Shown: positions 59,008-64,000 of the stretch, piece by piece
Position numbering within the stretch: position 1 is the stretch's first letter
How the letters are laid out: each line of letters begins with the position of its first letter
From: Amphiscolops sp. MND2022
Taxonomy: Eukaryota
Reading direction: 5' to 3'
NCBI GenBank assembly: GCA_964187785.1
Contig: OZ076409.1
Location: 94,180,001 to 94,244,000 of the forward strand
DNA: 64,000 bases
Notes under the pieces: generated by a model
Seen by the model: the letters and a program-made list of their open reading frames with translations, nothing else
Database searches by the model: none
Told to the model about the DNA's origin: nothing
Position numbers and translations under genes: made by a program

Positions 59008-59075
59008 ACTTAATATATATAACTATGTATGCTTTTGCATACGTCAAATACACCTATTTTATAATAAGCGTCCAT

Positions 59076-62000
59076 CCTAATTGTTGTGATAAACTTATTA
59101 AATAGTTTCAGAGACGTTGATTGAAATCGAGAGCACTTCTGGTTGCTGGGCATATCTTTGGATCCGGAGGTTCTGGATTGGACATTGGCTACAAGGAAGC
59201 AGTGGCAAAGACGTTGATTGCTTGCGGACCTAGATTGGACCTTGACTGGTTTGCAAAAAGGCTTCAGGCTCAACTCTATTTTGTTAGTTCGTTCCTTTAT
59301 CTATCTTAATCTCCCTCCCTTGTTACAACCATGCCTGACAAAAAATCCAGACTCAATTCAAACTCAGATAACAAATGCCATAATTGCCAAAAGAAGTTTT
59401 CTCACGATAACAATCACTCCATAGGATGTGACAATTGCAACAGTTGGTATCACGCATCATGTGCCGACATAGAAATAGAACATCTCCCTATTATCTCCAA
59501 ATACAGTTCCATCTTCTGGTATTGCAAGAAATGCCAGCCAATTCTTGACGTAATGAATTCAAAGACTTTCATATCGAAAATGGACAAAATTCTTCGTGAG
59601 CAAGATTCGAAGTTTGCAGAGAATCATAAACTGCTCCTGGAGATTACAAAACAGCAAGAGATTAACAAACAGAAAATTGAAGAAAATTTAACTATAGCAG
59701 AAGAAACCAAATCCAAGTTATCAAATCTCAAGCCTCGAATAGAAGTTTTGAAAGAATCTGAATACGATCAACGTGCATATGCTGATGTAGTCAAATATAA
59801 GATGCAAATGAACGCACCAAAGAACGTAGATAAAACAGAAAGAGACCCGGAAACTATTCTTATAGCTAATCCGTCAAAGAGCTTTCGTGATAGTATGGCA
59901 ATCAAAAAAGAATTTGCAAAATATTTCCCACTGAAAAGATTGGTGTATGCGTTCAATACGGCCCGTGGAAATATTCACCTTCAGTTCATGTCGCCCGAAG
60001 AGGCGTCGGAAGTACTCAATAACTGGAACGAAAACTGCTTCGGGGAAAAAACTCAGATAAGGAAAGCTAATCAACCTGAGAGGCCCCTGAGAGCCGTTTT
60101 GATTCGTGGTGTTCCCACAGAGTTGTCTGAGCAAGATATAATTGACTCTATCGAAGAAACTTACCCAGATTCAACCGCTACGCGCTTTGTGAAAAAAGAC
60201 CGAACTCCTCTGGGTACGGTTAAAATAGTATTTAAATCGGGCGAACTACATGAGAAAGCACTAAATGAAGGCATTTCTGTTGATAACATCTACTATAGAA
60301 CGCAAAAATTCATTCAAACGGGAATCCAAATTATACGCTGCTTCTAATGTCAAAAATTTGGACATATTAGTGTGAACTGTAAGTCTGACATAGCGTGTGG
60401 ACACTGCACCGGTAGCCACAAATACAAAGATTGCACTATGAAACACGAGACCCCCAAATGCGTCAATTGCAGCGAAGCTCACACATCTGACTCAACAAGC
60501 TGCACAGCCTATCTTAGACATTTAATAACGGTTTACAATGCACGCGGAGTAGAAATACCAATCTCTGTCAAAAAACGGGTTGCTTCTTTGTATGAATAGA
60601 CGAAAAATCAAATTGTCCCAGATTAACATATGTGGAATGAGCAACCATAGTCAGATCGCGCTGAATAAATACATCAACATCACAAATCCTTGTGTCTTGT
60701 GCATCAATGAAACGAAAAAGGACATGACTAGCGATAATTTTGATAATTACACTGTGGTATCATCATCTAATGTTGCCATGCTTATACATTCCAGCCTTCC
60801 TTACCTACGAATATATGATCTAGAAAATATTCATTTTGACAGCATTTGGATTGTGACTGTTTTAAATGGAAGAAAGGTTGTCATTGGCACCGCATATGTT
60901 CAACCCAACACTCCAGAAAAAATGCAATATTTCATTAACTCTCTAGGAATCTTGAAGTCCTATTGTATATCTAACGCGTTAGATGGAGGAATTTTCATTG
61001 GCGATTGCAACGCCCGAAGTGTCGCATGGGGGGACAACACTGTTAATGTACATGGAACCCTCCTTGAAGAATACATTGGTACTGATTTTGTCATCTTAAA
61101 TGGACCGGAGCCCACTTTTCTTGCCAAAAATGGATCTAGTGTTATTGATCTTATAATTTGCTGGGCTCTATTTGTGACATCCCACATCGAAGCTCAGTAG
61201 ACTATGATGTTGAGCTTTTTTCGGGTGCTCCAAATAGAGGCCACATACCAGTCACGGTAGAATTCGACTCAGTATCCGAACCAATAACAATGAAGTCTAA
61301 ACCATGGATTGAAAAAGCCAATTGGGACAACTGGTCGTTGTTTCTTGAGCAGAGAAGCTGCACTGTTCCTAGCAATCAAGCTGATGAACTCTGGATATTC
61401 ATTAAGTCGCTCTTCGCCCACGCCTCACAGTACTTTATTCCCTCAAAAACTGTATCGAAGCATAGCAAACCCTTCTGGAACACCGAGCTGGAAGAGGCGA
61501 GTAAATCATTGCGGGAAGCAAGAAGAAAATTCAAACACAATTCCAATTACTCGAATGGCGAAGAATTGAAAGAAAAGAGGGACCTTTTCAAAGACCTTTT
61601 GAGCGAATCTGCATCAACATGGATACGAAATCAACTGGAGCAGCTTGGGCACAAATAAGGGAAAGAATTCTGGAAATATCATAAGAGAATCTTCAAAGAT
61701 AAGTTTGAGAATATTGGCATTGTCAGAAACAAAAATGGCGTGATTTTATGCGATCCAAAATCCATTTCACAAGAATTTCGCAAAACCTTTTTCGAAGGCA
61801 GGCATCTTGAAGGAAAGGATTTCCACGACTGGCAACCAAGTGTTGATTACACTATACCTGACTTAAGGCATGAACTTGACCGTGATTTCAGTATCGTTGA
61901 ACTAAGTGATGCGTTGAGAAAATGCCGATCTTCTTCATTTGACAATGACATGATTCATGTGACCATGTTAAAAAAACTGGGAGCCAACATGAAAAATCCT

Positions 62001-62502
62001 TTGCTCTTCCTTTTCAACACGTGCTGGATCACATCCACATGGCCTTGGAACATATCTAGGATCACTCTTATCAAAAAGCCGGGCAAAAAATCCTATGAAC
62101 AATGCTCCAGCTATAGACCATTATCTATTTCTAGCCATGTGGGAAAGTTATTTGAGAGAATGATTTCCGCTAGACTGAGGCTTTACTTTAAAACTCACAA
62201 TATCCTTGACGAAGAACAAGAAGGTTTCAGGACTCATCGGAGCACTATCCGTTCTTTGTATCGCATGCATCTCGTATTAGAAGAAGCAAAGCGCTCAAAA
62301 AATCCGACTGCGCTACTGAATATTGATCTGGAAAAAGCCTTTGACAGCATTTGGGTTCAAGGACTGCTTTATAAACTTGAATCGGTGAATGTGCCTCACA
62401 GGCTGCTATGTATCATATCATCTTTTCCCAGCAACCGGAAGGGATTCATTGATATCAACGGTCATTACACTGATCTCTTCGATATTAAAGTTGGGCTCCC
62501 CC

Positions 62503-62503
<1 letters not shown>
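59076..62503 (+). mobile_element. Second, related but diverged LINE, interrupted within RT
   Basis: ORF1 59331-60599 shares AFNTARGNIHL and I.GVP.E with the previous ORF1; ORF2 shares ELF.GAP.RGH, KPWIEKA, LLNIDLEKAFDS; ends at VGLPQ| where (GTA)n starts. Confidence 0.92.

Positions 62504-62589
<86 letters not shown>
62504..62589. repeat. (GTA)n, 86 bp; reads as a (CTA)n 3' tail of the minus-strand LINE
   Basis: Directly abuts the 3' UTR of the minus-strand element. Confidence 0.9.
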
Positions 62590-64000
62590 AAGACTTAATT
62601 CCAAGATTATGGAATTATAAAATACGTACATGTTATGAATAAAACGAAAAACCGAAAGATTATGAGCGACAAAACGAACAGTAGCATTTTATAAACAGTG
62701 AACAGGAGTTCGAGATATCAAAGTTTGAGATCTTTGATAGAAGAAAGTTACGTAGCACCAGTTTGAAATGTTGCAGCGACATACTGAAATCAAGCACTTT
62801 TAGACTAATGAGAGCATTTGCTGCTCTAGTGGATCTGACAAAGAAGTTGCTTTCAGAGCCAACTTTTTTGGTTTTTGGAACATCAAAAAGCCCCAGAGTG
62901 GATGATCTTGTGTTCAGGGTACTCGTGGCAAGATTGTGATCGACATCAAGACAGCGATTTTGCAGTTTCCATAGCAGTATGAGGTCGTTTTCCGCAAGCT
63001 GAAAACACAAGGGTAGATAGGAATGACTCAAAAGGGCTGACTTATAACTTTTATCAGAACAAATCCATTTAAAAGCTCGCATTTGAAACTTTTCTAATTT
63101 TTTGAGGTAAGTAACTAAAGGCGACCATACAGGAGATCCATATAGAAGAACAGATACTACCAAATTATGGTAAAGTAATTTCTTTCTGGGACTAGCGGTA
63201 GAAGAAGGGATATTTCGACGCATAAAGTTAAAAACTCTGGTGCATTTGGCGAGTTTCGTTTCAATATGGTTCGTCCAGTCGAGGTTGGATGTGACAGTAA
63301 ACCCAAGGTCTTCAATGCTCTTTTCAAATGGCAATTCATTTGAACCAAGATTCAGCATTAAATCAGGCATTACATCCGAGAATGGAATACATTTACATTT
63401 CGAGGGATGAAAACTCAGACCATTTAAAACAGACCAATGTAGAAGAGCATCAAGATCGCTTTGAATGAGTTGGAGGATACAGTCAAAATGTACTTTTAAA
63501 TCATCAGCAAAAGCAAATGGGCATCCATGTTCAATAGATTCCATCATGTCGTTGATAAACAGAATGAATAACAATGGTCCCAAAACACTTCCCTGAGGAA
63601 CACCTGAAGGTACAGCAACTGGAGACGAGAGACTTTCTCTTACTTTGACAATTTGAAACCTGTTCGAAAGATAAGATTCCATTAGTTTGATGAAACCAGG
63701 ACATAAACCGAAAAGCTTGAGCTTGGATAATAGCAAATGATGAGGGACTGAATCGAATGCCTTTTGCACATCAAAATAGATAGACAAAGTGGGAGTATTG
63801 GAGTCCATGGCACGATAGACAAGATCTAAATATGATATCATTTGAGTTACAGTGCTCCGGGCTTTCATGAAACCGTGTTGTTTCCTGTGAATTAGCTTCA
63901 AAACTTTGGGGTACAAAAAGTTGAAAATAATCCGCTCCAGAATGAGTGAGAGTTTGCAAAGAATACTGATTGGGCGATAATTATCAATGGAAGATTTCGG
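62590..64000 (-). mobile_element. 3' part of a CR1/L2-like LINE with an uninterrupted RT frame
   Basis: QHGF, YFDVQKAFDSVPH, SGVPQGSVLGPLLF, FADD, EDLGF; stop at 62660; frame continues upstream (NYRPISIL) to the window edge. Confidence 0.93.
62660..64000 (-). CDS. LINE reverse transcriptase, C-terminal portion (5'-partial)
   Basis: At least 418 aa without a stop, canonical non-LTR RT motifs. Confidence 0.88.
   Translation of the reverse strand, partial: PKSSIDNYRPISILCKLSLILERIIFNFLYPKVLKLIHRKQHGFMKARSTVTQMISYLDLVYRAMDSNTPTLSIYFDVQKAFDSVPHHLLLSKLKLFGLCPGFIKLMESYLSNRFQIVKVRESLSSPVAVPSGVPQGSVLGPLLFILFINDMMESIEHGCPFAFADDLKVHFDCILQLIQSDLDALLHWSVLNGLSFHPSKCKCIPFSDVMPDLMLNLGSNELPFEKSIEDLGFTVTSNLDWTNHIETKLAKCTRVFNFMRRNIPSSTASPRKKLLYHNLVVSVLLYGSPVWSPLVTYLKKLEKFQMRAFKWICSDKSYKSALLSHSYLPLCFQLAENDLILLWKLQNRCLDVDHNLATSTLNTRSSTLGLFDVPKTKKVGSESNFFVRSTRAANALISLKVLDFSMSLQHFKLVLRNFLLSKISNFDISNSCSLFIKCYCSFCRS

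Larger units (their letters stand above)
53807..59075 (+). mobile_element. Near full-length decayed LINE (I/Jockey-group-like): extra ORF0, ORF1 with PHD and CCHC, ORF2 APE-RT-CCHC
   Basis: ORF1 CNGCFEWWHGTC..WYCPKC and RCYNCQKFGHLSGNC; ORF2 QINICGL, LNET, GDCNA, NDGQPTF, YRPLSISS, DLEKAFD, GVPQGSVLSPLLF, FADD and C-terminal CICGKSEDNLYHYFFCC. Confidence 0.93.

Overview
Eukaryotic (probably invertebrate animal; inference) AT-rich, repeat-dense window with no recognisable host protein-coding gene. 1-16.9 kb is a nest of decayed retroelements: the 5' end of an LTR element (minus strand), a CRE-like RLE non-LTR element, a complete short-LTR Ty3/Gypsy with a 5-bp TSD, MITE-like inserts and a CR1/L2-like LINE. 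16.9-52.8 kb holds four near-identical ~7.55-kb non-coding units in A-B-A-B order, separated by 0.76-1.8 kb almost pure (TAG)n tracts. 53.8-64 kb holds two head-to-tail APE-RT LINEs and one opposite-strand LINE. Two observations stand out. (1) Each unit carries two diverged paralogous 172-nt hairpin cassettes with the same loop, co-varied ~80-bp stems, shared upstream motifs and a shared 3' flank: a candidate amplified hairpin-RNA (endo-siRNA/miRNA-like) gene family, 8 copies here. (2) Four non-LTR retrotransposons from three different groups start with the same ~37-nt sequence (GCCTAATTGTTGTGATAAACTTRTTRAATAGTTTCAG), which looks like a trans-spliced leader retro-copied onto LINE 5' ends. All alignments were done by eye and no database search was run.
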